Position numbers and translations under genes: made by a program. From assembly GCA_009841725.1 (NCBI GenBank), contig VYGS01000095.1:1-53812 (forward strand): a stretch of 53,812 nucleotides of DNA, in the 5' to 3' direction. This document shows positions 27,980 through 39,749 of this stretch, one piece after another. Within the stretch, counting starts at the first letter, position 1; every line of letters begins with the position of its first letter. A model generated the notes under the pieces. The model did not search any database, had not been told where the DNA came from, and was given only the letters and a program-made list of their open reading frames with translations. This DNA is from Gammaproteobacteria bacterium (lineage in GTDB: Bacteria > Pseudomonadota > Gammaproteobacteria > Arenicellales > Poriferihabitantaceae).

Positions 27980-28732
27980 TCAGCGGGACAGGCTGAACTG
28001 CCGGCGTATCTCGTACAGGCAAATCCCGGTCGCAACCGAGGCATTCAGGCTTTGCACCTGCCCCGAAACGGGAATCCGGACAAGAGCGTCACAGGCCTTC
28101 TCGACCAGCCGCTTCATCCCCTTGCCCTCGTTGCCGACGACCAGGGCGATCCGGCCCCTGAACGGGACATCATACAGTTCGGCGTCCCCCCTCTCGGAGG
28201 TTCCATAAATCCAGAACTCGTGCCTCTTCAGCACATCCAGGGCATTGACGATGTTCGATACCGAAACAATGTTGAGGGGCTCGACGGCACCGGAAGCCAC
28301 CTTGGAGACCGTGTGGTTCACGGGGCATGCCGAACGCTTCGGCAGGATGACCGCGTCCACGCCTGCGCATTCGGCGGTTCTCAGGCAGGCGCCCAGATTG
28401 TGAGGGTCATGCAGATGATCCAGAACAAGCACCAGGGCCGTGTCCGTTTCAATGCCGTCCATGACGTCTTTCAGCGTGGCGGGGGGATTTGCCTTGCCGG
28501 ATTCGTATTCGGCCACCACTCCCTGATGGGTGCCGTATCCGGAAAGACGGTCCAGACGTTCCCTTTCGCAGCGGACCACCTCGATGCCCCGCGTCCTTGC
28601 CATTTGCTCCAGACGTGCGAGTCTTTGAGAAGAGGAGGCACCGATATAAAGCGCCGAGACGGAATGGTGGTGCTCGAGCAGCGCCGTTACGGCGTGAATG
28701 CCAAAACAGACAGGCCTTCCTGCGCTACTCAT
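27980..28732 (-). CDS. rlmB: 23S rRNA (guanosine2251-2'-O)-methyltransferase (SpoU/TrmH family)
   Basis: It has the SpoU substrate-binding N-domain, and the motifs DHLHDPHNLGACLRT, GNEGKGM and SLNASVA. It lies 36 nt downstream of rnr, as in enterobacteria. Confidence 0.88.
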   Translation of the reverse strand: MSSAGRPVCFGIHAVTALLEHHHSVSALYIGASSSQRLARLEQMARTRGIEVVRCERERLDRLSGYGTHQGVVAEYESGKANPPATLKDVMDGIETDTALVLVLDHLHDPHNLGACLRTAECAGVDAVILPKRSACPVNHTVSKVASGAVEPLNIVSVSNIVNALDVLKRHEFWIYGTSERGDAELYDVPFRGRIALVVGNEGKGMKRLVEKACDALVRIPVSGQVQSLNASVATGICLYEIRRQFSLSR

Positions 28733-28768
28733 GTGCCTGTTGCGCGAGCCGCAAGGTGATTTTGAGGG

Positions 28769-31021
28769 TCATCGGTAGCGATTTCTTCTGCGTTTTCTGC
28801 GGCGGTCCCCGGAATATGCAAAGAGATTCTCATCAAGCAACGAGAAGCTGACCCGGGACTCATCCAGATCGACATCCAGCACCTCTACCTTAACCCGGTC
28901 TCCGAGACGGTACAACACGTTGGTGTGCTCGCCATACAGGGTCTGGCTGTCCTCGTCAAACACAAAGTAGTCGTAGCCGAGCTTGCTGACATGGGCCAAG
29001 CCATCGACGAACAGCTCGTCGAGCCGGATAAACAGGCCGTATTCCTTGACCCCGGTGACAGTTCCCGAAAATCGACTTCCGATCCGGTGCAGCATGTACA
29101 GGGCCTTGAGCCAGGCAATCACTTCGTTGACCGCGGCATCTGCCCGGCGCTCCGTCATCGAGCATTGCGCGCAGGTCTCTTCCAGGCTCATCACCGACGG
29201 CTGCAGGTCGCGATAACCCGGCAGGCCAAGCGATTGCTTGATCAGGCGATGCACGACCAGATCGCCATACCGCCTTATGGGCGAAGTGAAATGGGTATAG
29301 GCGGGAAATCCGAGCGCAAAATGATCGGACATCACCGGGGTATAGAGGGCCTGCCCCATACTGCGCAACAACAGCAGCTGAACCGCCCCGAACAGTTGAA
29401 TCTCGCCCTCCGCCTGTTCCAGAAGTGTCCGGTAACTGGCCGGATCCGGTTCAGCGCCTCCTCCGAGCGCAAGGCCCAGAGTCCGAAGATCCCGGCGCAA
29501 GGCCAGGACATCGTCGCGGGAAGGGCCCGGATGCACCCTGTAGAGCGCCATGTCACCCTGATTCAGGTGCAGGAACCCGGCGGCGCACCGGTTTGCAGCC
29601 AGCATGCATTCCTCGATGATCTTGTGCGAGCGCAACCGCTCCCGCATGCCGATCGAAGCGATGCGCCCGTCCTCGGTCAGATCGATCCGCGATTCGGGAA
29701 GCTCGAAGGCGATTGATCCCCGCCGCATCCGGCTCGCCTCAAGGCCCGTTGCCATGGATTCCAGATTCCGGAGATTTTCCAACAACGCCTCGTCCTCGTC
29801 AGAGGAAGCGCGGTGTTGCGGATTCAGCAATTCCTCCACCCGGTCATAGGTCATGCGGGCCCTCGACTTCATGACAGCCTGGTAAAACCGGTATCCGGAA
29901 ATCTCATGATCCCTGTCGATCGAGATATCGCAGATCAGGCAATTGCGGTCCTCCTTGGGATTCAGGGAGCATATTCCGTTCGACAGATGTTCGGGCAGCA
30001 TGGGAACCACCTTGTCCGGGAAATAGACGCTCGTGCCCCTCGCATAGGCCTGGCGGTCGATTGCGCTTCCCGTCCGGACGTAATGGCTGACATCGGCAAT
30101 CGCCACAACCAGCCTCCAGCCAGACGGGATTTCGGAACAATACACGGCATCGTCGAAATCCCGGGCGTCGTCACCGTCGATAGTGATGAAAGGAAGACCG
30201 CGAAGATCCTCCCTGTCTCTCCCCGGCGAAGGCGATTCGCCCAGGGCTCGGTCACCGTCGATTTCCTTAAGGACGTCGTCGGGCCAGCAGGAAGGAATTT
30301 CGTGTCGGATCAGGGCCATTGTGGTGCGAACTCCGGGAACCATCAAGTTGCCCACGACCTCGACGATCCTGGCACGCACCGGCCCGGGCGCAAACGGGGC
30401 CGAGGTCAGGACCGCGTTCACGATATCGCCTTCACTCGCCTTTCCATGGCGGTCCCGGGCAACGGCCACGGGATGGCAAAACCGGCTGTCGAGCGGGATC
30501 ATCATCGCCTCTCCCCGTACGACCCTGATCTCCCCTGCAAGGGACTTTTGCAAACGGTTCAGCACCCCGAGCACCTTGATCCGCATCCGCCTCCCTCCAT
30601 TGCCCGCATCGACCAGGCACAGTACCCGATCCCCGTGCAACACCCGCCGCATCTGGCTCCTGCCAATCCGATGCGCCTCGTCGTCTGCCGTTCCGATCGC
30701 CACCGAGCCGTAGCCGCCCGGACTGCCTTCGACCGTCCCTTCCTTCAATGCGACGTCTTCAGGCACCCGATACCAGTCACCCTTTCGGGATTCGAGCAGA
30801 CCGGTGTCTTCAAGCGTACAGAGGCGCCGGAGAATTTCGTCCAGGGCGCCTTCTCCCTCCACGCCGAAATGCCGGCCGATCTCCTGAAGGCTTGTTCGGG
30901 AGTCGTGATGCATAACATACTGCAAAAGCTGTGCCGGAGACGGAAAGCCGGTATCCGCAGACAACTCGCGGAACATGTCCACGATGTCTTCCAGTTCAAT
31001 CGGCCTCTTCACGGATTTCAT
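28769..31021 (-). CDS. rnr: ribonuclease R
   Basis: RNB-domain motifs are present (ITIDGDDARDFDDAV and HFTSPIRRYGDLVVHR), followed by a C-terminal S1 domain and a basic tail (RRRKRRRNRYR). Confidence 0.95.
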   Translation of the reverse strand: MKSVKRPIELEDIVDMFRELSADTGFPSPAQLLQYVMHHDSRTSLQEIGRHFGVEGEGALDEILRRLCTLEDTGLLESRKGDWYRVPEDVALKEGTVEGSPGGYGSVAIGTADDEAHRIGRSQMRRVLHGDRVLCLVDAGNGGRRMRIKVLGVLNRLQKSLAGEIRVVRGEAMMIPLDSRFCHPVAVARDRHGKASEGDIVNAVLTSAPFAPGPVRARIVEVVGNLMVPGVRTTMALIRHEIPSCWPDDVLKEIDGDRALGESPSPGRDREDLRGLPFITIDGDDARDFDDAVYCSEIPSGWRLVVAIADVSHYVRTGSAIDRQAYARGTSVYFPDKVVPMLPEHLSNGICSLNPKEDRNCLICDISIDRDHEISGYRFYQAVMKSRARMTYDRVEELLNPQHRASSDEDEALLENLRNLESMATGLEASRMRRGSIAFELPESRIDLTEDGRIASIGMRERLRSHKIIEECMLAANRCAAGFLHLNQGDMALYRVHPGPSRDDVLALRRDLRTLGLALGGGAEPDPASYRTLLEQAEGEIQLFGAVQLLLLRSMGQALYTPVMSDHFALGFPAYTHFTSPIRRYGDLVVHRLIKQSLGLPGYRDLQPSVMSLEETCAQCSMTERRADAAVNEVIAWLKALYMLHRIGSRFSGTVTGVKEYGLFIRLDELFVDGLAHVSKLGYDYFVFDEDSQTLYGEHTNVLYRLGDRVKVEVLDVDLDESRVSFSLLDENLFAYSGDRRRKRRRNRYR

Positions 31022-31158
31022 GGTTTCGCTCGAGAAGGCCGAATCGGCACCGGACCCGTCTCGCCCCGGCTTGCGGGATATCGATCCATGGCGACATCTG
31101 CCGTCGACAGGGAAGCGGGCCCGGTCGTCAGGAGGGATTCGGGCTGTTTGTTTTCAAG

Positions 31159-31164
31159 TATAAT
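31159..31164 (+). promoter_or_regulatory. consensus -10 hexamer TATAAT upstream of hisG
   Basis: It ends 22 nt before ATG 31187. I found no convincing -35 or SD, and no attenuator-like leader. Confidence 0.25.
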
Positions 31165-31186
31165 CACCTTTTTTTGAACCGCAGAC

Positions 31187-32065
31187 ATGGTACAGAAGCT
31201 GAAACTGGGCATACCCAAGGGAAGCCTTGAAGGTGCGACCGTTGATCTGTTCTCGCAGGCAGGCTGGATCATCAATCCCAGATCGCGCAACTATTTCCCT
31301 TCGATCGACGACGACGAGATCAGTTGCGCCCTGGTCAGAGCCCAGGAAATGGGCACCTACATTACAAATGGAGTGCTGGATGCGGGACTGACCGGCCAGG
31401 ACTGGTTGGCCGAAACCGACTCGGATGTCGAAATTATATCTCATCTGGTCTATTCGAAGTCCTCGGATCAGCCCTGCCGATGGGTACTCGTGGTCAAACA
31501 GGACTCCGAAATCCAAACCGTGGAAGACCTGAACGGCAAGCGGATATCCACCGAACTCGTGAACTTCACACGCCAGTTCCTGACTGAGCGCAACATCGAC
31601 GCGGCGGTCGATTTTTCCTGGGGGGCAACCGAAGCCAAGGTCGTGGAAGGACTGGCCGACGCCGCTGTCGAAATTACCGAAACCGGCAGCACGATCCGGG
31701 CTCATGGACTCAGGATCGTCTGCGACCTTCTCAAGACCCATACCGTTTTCGCCGCCAACAGGCAGGCCATGGAGGTGCCGTGGAAACGCAGAAAGATTCA
31801 GCAGATCGCGATGCTACTCGAGAGCGCCCTCTCCGCCAGGGAAAGGGTCCTGCTCAAGATGAACTTGCCCGAAAGCCGCATTGACGAGCTTGCGGAAAAG
31901 CTGCCGAGCCTGCATGCCCCGACCATCAACCATCTGTTCGACGGGACCTGGCTTGCGGTTGAAACCGTGGTCCGCAAAGAGGAAGTCAGAACGCTGATTC
32001 CGATTCTCAAGTCCTGCGGTGCCGAGGGGATTCTCGAGATCGAACTCAACAAGATGGTGATCTGA
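31187..32065 (+). CDS. hisG: ATP phosphoribosyltransferase, long form with C-terminal regulatory domain
   Basis: LKLGIPKGSL...VRAQEMGTYITNGVLDAGLTGQDW...EITETGSTIRAHGL. The 292-aa length implies the HisZ-independent long form. Confidence 0.93.
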   Translation: MVQKLKLGIPKGSLEGATVDLFSQAGWIINPRSRNYFPSIDDDEISCALVRAQEMGTYITNGVLDAGLTGQDWLAETDSDVEIISHLVYSKSSDQPCRWVLVVKQDSEIQTVEDLNGKRISTELVNFTRQFLTERNIDAAVDFSWGATEAKVVEGLADAAVEITETGSTIRAHGLRIVCDLLKTHTVFAANRQAMEVPWKRRKIQQIAMLLESALSARERVLLKMNLPESRIDELAEKLPSLHAPTINHLFDGTWLAVETVVRKEEVRTLIPILKSCGAEGILEIELNKMVI

Positions 32066-32127
32066 CCGGCCGGTCCGTGCAAGCCGCGGGCAAGGCTTTC
32101 GCCCTGCCGGCCGGAATCCATAACAAA

Positions 32128-32159
32128 CAGGCAGGGTCCGAAAACCGGATCCCTGCCTG
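32128..32159 (-). terminator. intrinsic terminator for the LysM lipoprotein gene
   Basis: CAGGCAGGG-TCCG-aaaac-CGGA-t-CCCTGCCTG forms a 13-bp stem with one bulge. On the minus strand it is followed by TTTGTTAT. It lies 52 nt after the stop at 32212. Confidence 0.6.
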
Positions 32160-32211
32160 CGGCATGAAACAGTCAACCCGCTCCATGACGGAACGGGAAG
32201 TCATTCGGTGT

Positions 32212-32706
32212 TCAGTTCGAACTTTTCAGGTATTCCTTGTCGCTCGCCTCAACAGGCCCGAGAGACCACGCGCCACGATTTCTGGCATGATGCACGGCGG
32301 CATCGATCTCGTCCTGCGCCATGCCTCGAGGAATATCGAGAACCTGGCCCGGATAGATCAGGTCGGCATCGGTGATTTGCTCCAGGTTCTCCTTGTAGAT
32401 CAGCGGCCACTGCTCCGGCAGGAAGTAAACCTCCTCGTGTGCAGCGATGTTCCAGAGATTGTCGCCTTCGGCCACGATCCAGAATTTCAGCGGAAGGGGC
32501 TCCGGCTCGGGTTTGGCCGGTTCCGGCTCGGGTTCCGGCTCGGGCTCAACAACCGCGACCGGTTCGGGCTCGGGCTCGGGAGCAACAGCGATTGCTTCCT
32601 CCGTCGGCGGACTTTTGGCACTGATGCATCCTGCGACGACGATTGAAATCGATAGAACGAACAGGCTTTTCAACATCGTCGGCAAGGTTTTGGCTACTGT
32701 TTGCAT
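32212..32706 (-). CDS. LysM-domain lipoprotein with Pro-Glu repeat linker
   Basis: The lipobox is VVAGC. The linker is (PE)n: APEPEPEPVAVVEPEPEPEPEPAKPEPEP. The LysM-like core is WIVAEGDNLWNIAA...IYPGQVLDIP. An alternative start at ATG 32676 is possible. Confidence 0.8.
   Translation of the reverse strand: MQTVAKTLPTMLKSLFVLSISIVVAGCISAKSPPTEEAIAVAPEPEPEPVAVVEPEPEPEPEPAKPEPEPLPLKFWIVAEGDNLWNIAAHEEVYFLPEQWPLIYKENLEQITDADLIYPGQVLDIPRGMAQDEIDAAVHHARNRGAWSLGPVEASDKEYLKSSN
32494..32583. repeat. imperfect hexanucleotide tandem repeats (GGCTCG/GGTTCC units) encoding the PE linker
   Basis: Read directly: ...ggctccggctcgggtttggccggttccggctcgggttccggctcgggctc...ggttcgggctcgggctcggg. Confidence 0.7.
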
Positions 32707-32974
32707 GCTAGAAAATCTCCAGATTCCTGAAATATGGGTTGCTCAAATATTTTATGCCATATGTCTTGGTATTCCCAAGCTGAAAGTTTAACTGCTTTAA
32801 TTTGCATTATGCAAGCGGCTTGTATCGGAAGCCACCATATGCATGGATAAAATTTCCAGTTAGCACGACCTGTCAATATTCTACCATAAACTTTTGATAG
32901 ATAGATATTGTTTTAGATGCAGGACAACTGTTGTTCAAGACCTGACCGAGCGCGCCCCAAATCGGGAGGCACCG

Positions 32975-34438
32975 CTAGCGGATGCCGCCCATGCAAAGAT
33001 ATTTCATCTCAAGGTATTCATCGATTCCGTGCGACGATCCTTCCCGTCCCAAACCCGACTGCTTGACGCCGCCGAACGGTGCCACCTCTGTCGATATGAT
33101 GCCGGTATTGATGCCCACCATGCCGTACTCAAGTTGTTCGGAAACCCGCCAGACGCGGTCCAGGCTGTTGCTGTAGAAATACGACGCCAGACCGAACTCG
33201 GTATCGTTCGCCATCCTGATCGCTTCTTCTTCCTCCCCGAATCTGAACAACGGCGCCAGTGGCCCGAAGGTTTCTTCCCTGGCGACCTTCATCTGCGGGG
33301 TGACGTTTCGCAGCAGGGTCGGCTCGAAAAAGGTTCCGCCCAGTTCATGGCGACCTCCTCCGACCATCACTTCCGCACCCTTGCTGACCGCATCGCGGAT
33401 GTGCTCTTCGACCTTTTGTACCGCATTCGAGTCAATCAGGGGGCCCTGGCTCACGCCCTCCTCCATCCCGGAACCAACCTTCATCTGCGCCACGGCCCGG
33501 GCAAGCTTGTCCGCAAACTCGTCATAGACCGAATCCTGGACATAGATCCTGTTCGCGCATACGCAGGTCTGCCCGGTGTTGCGGTACTTTGAAATCATCG
33601 CCCCTTCTACCGCTGCATCGATGTCTGCGTCGTCGAACACAATGAATGGCGCATTGCCGCCCAGCTCCAGCGCTACCTTGATGATGGTGCCCGAGCACTG
33701 TTGCATCAGGAGCCGACCGATTTCGGTCGAACCTGTAAAGCTGAAGTGCCGGACAACCGGATTCGTGGTCATCTCGAGCCCGATATCCGGCGAAGAGCCC
33801 GTGATCACGTTCAGCACGCCCGGCGGAACCCCCGCCCTCTCTGCCAGTTCGCACAAGGCCAGCGCCGAAAGCGGCGTCTGGGTCGCCGGCTTGACCACCA
33901 TCGCACATCCGGCGGCAAGCGCAGGGCCGGCCTTCCGGGTGATCATGGCGGAAGGAAAGTTCCACGGGGTGATGGCCGTGCAGACACCGACGGGCTGCTT
34001 GATCACCAGCACTCGCTTGTCTTGCTGGTGCTGCGGGATGATCTCCCCGCTGGCTCTGCGCGCCTCGCTGGCGAACCACTCGATGAAGGACGCCGCATAA
34101 ACGATCTCGCCCATCGATTCGGCAATCGGCTTTCCCTGCTCCAGCGTCATCAGCACCGCCAGGTCACGCTGGTTTTCCAGCATCAGCTCATACCATCTTC
34201 GCAGGATGTCGGAGCGTTCTTTGGCCAGCATCTCGCGCCACAGGACCTGCGCGTCCCGGGCAAGCTCAAGAGCCCTTGCGGCTTCCCCCGAGCCCATATA
34301 CGGAACGCTGGCTATCACGGACCCGTCTGCAGGATTGGTGACCTCCACAGTCTTTCCGTCGTCGGCGTCACGCCATTGGCCGTTGATATAGCATTGCTGG
34401 CGAAACAGTGAGGGATTTTCAAGATTCATTGTGGTCAT
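32975..34438 (-). CDS. gabD: NAD(P)+-dependent succinate-semialdehyde dehydrogenase
   Basis: It is near-collinear with E. coli GabD (from memory): LFRQQCYINGQW..., ITPWNFPSAMITRKAGPALAAGC, ELGGNAPFIV and GQTCVCANR. The start is ambiguous among ATG 34474 (ATGA overlap with the purA stop), 34438 and 34429. Confidence 0.9.
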   Translation of the reverse strand: MTTMNLENPSLFRQQCYINGQWRDADDGKTVEVTNPADGSVIASVPYMGSGEAARALELARDAQVLWREMLAKERSDILRRWYELMLENQRDLAVLMTLEQGKPIAESMGEIVYAASFIEWFASEARRASGEIIPQHQQDKRVLVIKQPVGVCTAITPWNFPSAMITRKAGPALAAGCAMVVKPATQTPLSALALCELAERAGVPPGVLNVITGSSPDIGLEMTTNPVVRHFSFTGSTEIGRLLMQQCSGTIIKVALELGGNAPFIVFDDADIDAAVEGAMISKYRNTGQTCVCANRIYVQDSVYDEFADKLARAVAQMKVGSGMEEGVSQGPLIDSNAVQKVEEHIRDAVSKGAEVMVGGGRHELGGTFFEPTLLRNVTPQMKVAREETFGPLAPLFRFGEEEEAIRMANDTEFGLASYFYSNSLDRVWRVSEQLEYGMVGINTGIISTEVAPFGGVKQSGLGREGSSHGIDEYLEMKYLCMGGIR

Positions 34439-34470
34439 CGGGTTCTCGCGGATTAACGGGGTTTGCCGGT

Positions 34471-35983
<1,513 letters not shown>

Positions 35984-36010
35984 GATCCATTCCCTTGTTC
36001 ACCAGCGGTA

Positions 36011-36889
36011 TTATGGAGACGGTGTTGGATCCGGTTGCTTGAAATAGCGGAAAAACTCTGAACTCGGATCGACGATCATCAGGTCCTGCTTGGTGCTGAA
36101 ACTGTCCCGATAGGCATTCAGGCTCCGGTAGAGGGCATAGAATTCCCTGTCCCGGCCAAAAGCGCCGGCGAACAGGGCGGTTGCCGTTGCATCGCCTTCA
36201 CCTCGGACGATCTGGGCTTCCCGATCCGCATTCGCCAGCAGAATCTCCCTCTCCTTGTCCGCATCAGCACGTATCTTCTCGGCTTCCTCTTCACCCTGCG
36301 CCCGCAACTCCTTGGCCACCCGCTCCCGCTCCGCGCTCATCCTCTGGTACACCTGCTGACTGATCGCCTCCTCCAGATCGACGCGCTTGAGCCTGACATC
36401 GATGATCTCGATCCCGAGCGTAGCCGCTTCTTCGTTCATCGCTTTCTGCACGACTTCCATGATCAGGGCACGGTCTCCCGAAATGACCTCCTGGACCGTC
36501 CGCTTGCCGAACTCCTGGCGCAGGCTGTCGTTGACCCGCTGATCGAGCCGGGACCGGGCATTCGATTTGAGCCCTCTCAGCCTCGTGTAGTAGAGGTACA
36601 CATCCCGGATCTTCCACTTGACGAAGGAATCCACGGAGAGATTCTTCTTCTCCACGGTCAGGTAGCGTTGCGGATCGGCGTCAAGAGTCTGGACCCGTGC
36701 GTCGAAATAGCGCACATTGTTGATGAACGGAACCTTCCAGTGCAATCCGGGCTCGACGTCGGATTTGACGATTTCACCGAACTTGAACACGATGGCCTTC
36801 TCGCGTTCATCCACGTAGTAGGCCGACGCGACAGCCAAGGCACCGGCAATCGCGAGCAGAACCAGAAAAAGGGTGGATCGGGCTGTCAT
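36011..36889 (-). CDS. hflC: protease modulator HflC (SPFH/band-7)
   Basis: It has an N-terminal TM helix and an SPFH domain, and lies 5 nt downstream of hflK. Confidence 0.92.
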   Translation of the reverse strand: MTARSTLFLVLLAIAGALAVASAYYVDEREKAIVFKFGEIVKSDVEPGLHWKVPFINNVRYFDARVQTLDADPQRYLTVEKKNLSVDSFVKWKIRDVYLYYTRLRGLKSNARSRLDQRVNDSLRQEFGKRTVQEVISGDRALIMEVVQKAMNEEAATLGIEIIDVRLKRVDLEEAISQQVYQRMSAERERVAKELRAQGEEEAEKIRADADKEREILLANADREAQIVRGEGDATATALFAGAFGRDREFYALYRSLNAYRDSFSTKQDLMIVDPSSEFFRYFKQPDPTPSP

Positions 36890-36894
36890 GGCGG

Positions 36895-38160
36895 CTATCT
36901 CGATGTACGGTTGGGGTTGCGCAGTCCGGTTTGCGAACCGCCGACAGGCGCGACACCCGCCTGACCCGAGGACGGGTTGTTCAGAACGTCCTGCGACGCA
37001 TTGCGTTGCGACCTGAGCAGCTGCTCAAGAGGCAGGTACATGACGCTGTTGCCTCCCTCGGGCTGATCGATCACCAGCTTGCTGGTGTTGCTGAACACCT
37101 GTTCCATGGCCTCGATATAGAGGCGTTCCCGGGTCACTTCCGGTGCCTTCCAGTATTCGTCCAGCACCTGGCTGAACCGGGCGGTTTCGCCTTCCGCACG
37201 GGCGATGACCGCGGCCTTGTAGGCTTCGGCCTCCTGGACGATCCTTGCCGCAAACCCCCGGGCTCTCGGGATGACGTCGTTCGCGTACGCCTCTGCCAGA
37301 TTCTTGAATCGCTCCTCGTCCTCGCGGGCGCGCACAACGTCGGCGAAGGCATCCTGCACCTGCTCGGGAGGCTGGGCATCCTGCATTTCGACCGTCACGA
37401 TATTGATGCCGGTTTCGTAGCGATCGAGGATTTCCTGCACCAGCGACTTGGTTTCCGAAGCCAGTTGCGCCCGGCCCTCGGTAATGGCGAAATCCATGGA
37501 AGAGCGCCCCACGATCTCCCGGATAGCGCTTTCGGCCGCCTGCCGGACCACGCCATCGGCCAGATTTTCCAGGTTGTATTCGCTGACATTGAAAAGGAGG
37601 TTGGTCGGATCCTTGATGTCATACTGGACCGCGAGCTGGATATGGATGATGTTCTCGTCCTGGGTCAGCATCAGGGCCTCTTTCGGCACATCCTGCTTGC
37701 CCCGCCCGACATCCCGGTAACCGACCTGGACCGTGTTTTCCTTCTGGGTGTTGACGATCTCGACGGATTCGATCGGGTTCGGAATATGCCAGTGCAGCCC
37801 GGCGCCATTGGTTTCGGAATATTTTCCGAACCGAAGCTCTATGGCCTGCTCGCCCTGGTCAACGGTGTAAAAACCGGTAAAAACCCAGAACCCCAAACCG
37901 ACAAGAAGCAATACCAGAACGGGAATCTTGCCCAATCCACGACCCGGACGACGTTCATCGGAACCGTTGCCCCGGCCGCCTCCCGAATCGCCACCGCCCT
38001 TGCGGTCCTTGAACCGCCGAAGGCGTGACAAGACCTGCTGAAAGATCTCATCCAGATCCGGCGGTCCCTGATTGGGTCGATTCCGATTGCCCCAGTTCTG
38101 GTTTCGCTGGCCCCACGGATCGTCGCCGTTTCCGCCTGATCCCGATTGATTCCAAGGCAT
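36895..38160 (-). CDS. hflK: FtsH protease modulator HflK (SPFH/band-7)
   Basis: It has a Gly/Asn/Pro-rich N-terminus (MPWNQSGSGGNGDDPWGQRNQNWGNRNRPNQGPPDLDE), then a TM helix and an SPFH domain. Confidence 0.92.
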   Translation of the reverse strand: MPWNQSGSGGNGDDPWGQRNQNWGNRNRPNQGPPDLDEIFQQVLSRLRRFKDRKGGGDSGGGRGNGSDERRPGRGLGKIPVLVLLLVGLGFWVFTGFYTVDQGEQAIELRFGKYSETNGAGLHWHIPNPIESVEIVNTQKENTVQVGYRDVGRGKQDVPKEALMLTQDENIIHIQLAVQYDIKDPTNLLFNVSEYNLENLADGVVRQAAESAIREIVGRSSMDFAITEGRAQLASETKSLVQEILDRYETGINIVTVEMQDAQPPEQVQDAFADVVRAREDEERFKNLAEAYANDVIPRARGFAARIVQEAEAYKAAVIARAEGETARFSQVLDEYWKAPEVTRERLYIEAMEQVFSNTSKLVIDQPEGGNSVMYLPLEQLLRSQRNASQDVLNNPSSGQAGVAPVGGSQTGLRNPNRTSR

Positions 38161-38339
38161 TGGGTGATTCCTGTGCGGTGTTGTGATTAACGGGTTGAAC
38201 AGGGAATTATATACCGAATCGGCGAAAGACCTTTCATTTTTCGGTACCCGGATGTCCGATTCGGCAAGCCGAGCCGGGCATCCGCCGTTTCCCCGGGAGC
38301 GAGTCGGGCCGACCGGTATCCCGGACGGTCCCGATACCC

Positions 38340-39749
38340 TCAGACGCTGTAGTACATGTCGAATTCGGCAGGGTGCGTCGACATTCTCAGCCGGGTCACA
38401 TCCTCCATCATGAGTTCGATGTAGCCATCGATCATGTCATCGTTGAATACGCCGCCGGCGAGCAGGAAATCCCGATCCGCATCCAGCGCTTCAAGCGCCA
38501 CGTCGAACCCGTGCGCCACGGTTGGAATGTTCGTTTCCTCTTCGGGCGGAAGATCATACAGATCCTTGTCCGCGGGGCCGCCGGGATCGATCTTGTTCTG
38601 AATTCCGTCCAGGCCGGCCATCAGCATGGCGGAGAACGCCAGATAGGGGTTCGCGGCCGAATCGGGGAAGCGGATTTCGATGCGCCGCGCCTTGGGGCTC
38701 GCCACGTAGGGAATCCGGCATGATGCCGAGCGGTTCTTCGCCGAATAGGCCAGCAATACCGGCGCCTCGAAGCCCGGAACCAGCCGCTTGTAGCTGTTGG
38801 TGCTCGAATTCGCGAACGCGTTGATCGCCCGTGCGTGCTTGAAAATGCCGCCGATATAGTAAAGCGCCTCGTCGCTCAATCCGCCATAGCCGTCCCCGGC
38901 GAAGATGTTTTCATCGCCGTTGAAGATCGACTGGTGAACGTGCATGCCCGACCCGTTGTCGCCGACCAGGGGCTTGGGCATGAAGGTGGCGGTGAGATGG
39001 TTCAGCATCGCCACGTTGTGGACGACATACTTGAAAATCTGGACCTCGTCGGCCTTCTTGACCAGGGTATTGAACTTGGTGCCGATCTCGCACTGCCCGG
39101 CCGTCCCGACTTCGTGGTGGTGCACTTCGGCCTCAAGTCCCATCTCGTCCATGATGGAGCACATCTGGGAGCGCACATCGGACAGGCTGTCGACCGGGGG
39201 AACCGGGAAGTAGCCGCCCTTGACGCCCGGACGGTGGCCGGTATTGGCCCCGCCGTACCGCTTCGCGCTGTTCCAGGCCGCCTCCTCGGAGTCGATTTCG
39301 TAGAAGACCTTTCCCATCTCATTGCCCCAGCGTACCGAATCGAACAGGAAGAATTCGTTTTCGGGGCCGAAAAACGCCCTGTCCCCGATGCCGGTGGATG
39401 CCAGATAAGCCTCGGCGCGCTTGGCGATGGAACGGGGGTCCCTGCCGTATCCCTGCATGTCTGCAGGCTCGATGATGTCACAACGAATGTTGACGGTTGT
39501 CTGCTCGGCAAACGGATCAACCACTGCGCTGTGCGACTCGGGCATGAGGATCATGTCGGACTCGTTGATGCCTTTCCATCCCGCAATCGACGACCCGTCG
39601 AACATCTTTCCGTCCTCGAACAGGTCCTCGTCGGCCACCGAGGCCGGCAGGGTGACATGCTGTTCCTTGCCCTTCGTGTCCGTAAACCGCAAATCGATGA
39701 ATTTTGCCTCGCTTTCTTTTATCAGTTTCAGTGCGTCTGTGCCCGACAT
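38340..39749 (-). CDS. glnA: glutamine synthetase type I
   Basis: 469 aa, with GSGMHVHQS and the adenylylation-site context [10 protein letters not shown]. Confidence 0.97.
   Translation of the reverse strand: MSGTDALKLIKESEAKFIDLRFTDTKGKEQHVTLPASVADEDLFEDGKMFDGSSIAGWKGINESDMILMPESHSAVVDPFAEQTTVNIRCDIIEPADMQGYGRDPRSIAKRAEAYLASTGIGDRAFFGPENEFFLFDSVRWGNEMGKVFYEIDSEEAAWNSAKRYGGANTGHRPGVKGGYFPVPPVDSLSDVRSQMCSIMDEMGLEAEVHHHEVGTAGQCEIGTKFNTLVKKADEVQIFKYVVHNVAMLNHLTATFMPKPLVGDNGSGMHVHQSIFNGDENIFAGDGYGGLSDEALYYIGGIFKHARAINAFANSSTNSYKRLVPGFEAPVLLAYSAKNRSASCRIPYVASPKARRIEIRFPDSAANPYLAFSAMLMAGLDGIQNKIDPGGPADKDLYDLPPEEETNIPTVAHGFDVALEALDADRDFLLAGGVFNDDMIDGYIELMMEDVTRLRMSTHPAEFDMYYSV

Noticed and set aside
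29813-31177. 454-aa + strand ORF, plus 28925..29716
   Set aside because: Both are antisense to rnr. They are shadow ORFs.
32494-32583. Short tandem repeats considered as a possible CRISPR or minisatellite
   Set aside because: The units are 6 nt, lie in frame inside a coding sequence, and encode a PE linker. There is no spacer-repeat architecture.
32694-32876. 60-aa minus-strand ORF in the AT-rich spacer upstream of the LysM gene. The spacer also holds the 13-bp dyad TTGCAT-t-ATGCAA.
   Set aside because: The ORF is Trp/Cys/Ile-rich, which is typical of random AT-rich sequence, and overlaps the LysM start. The dyad may be a promoter element, but I have no further support for it.
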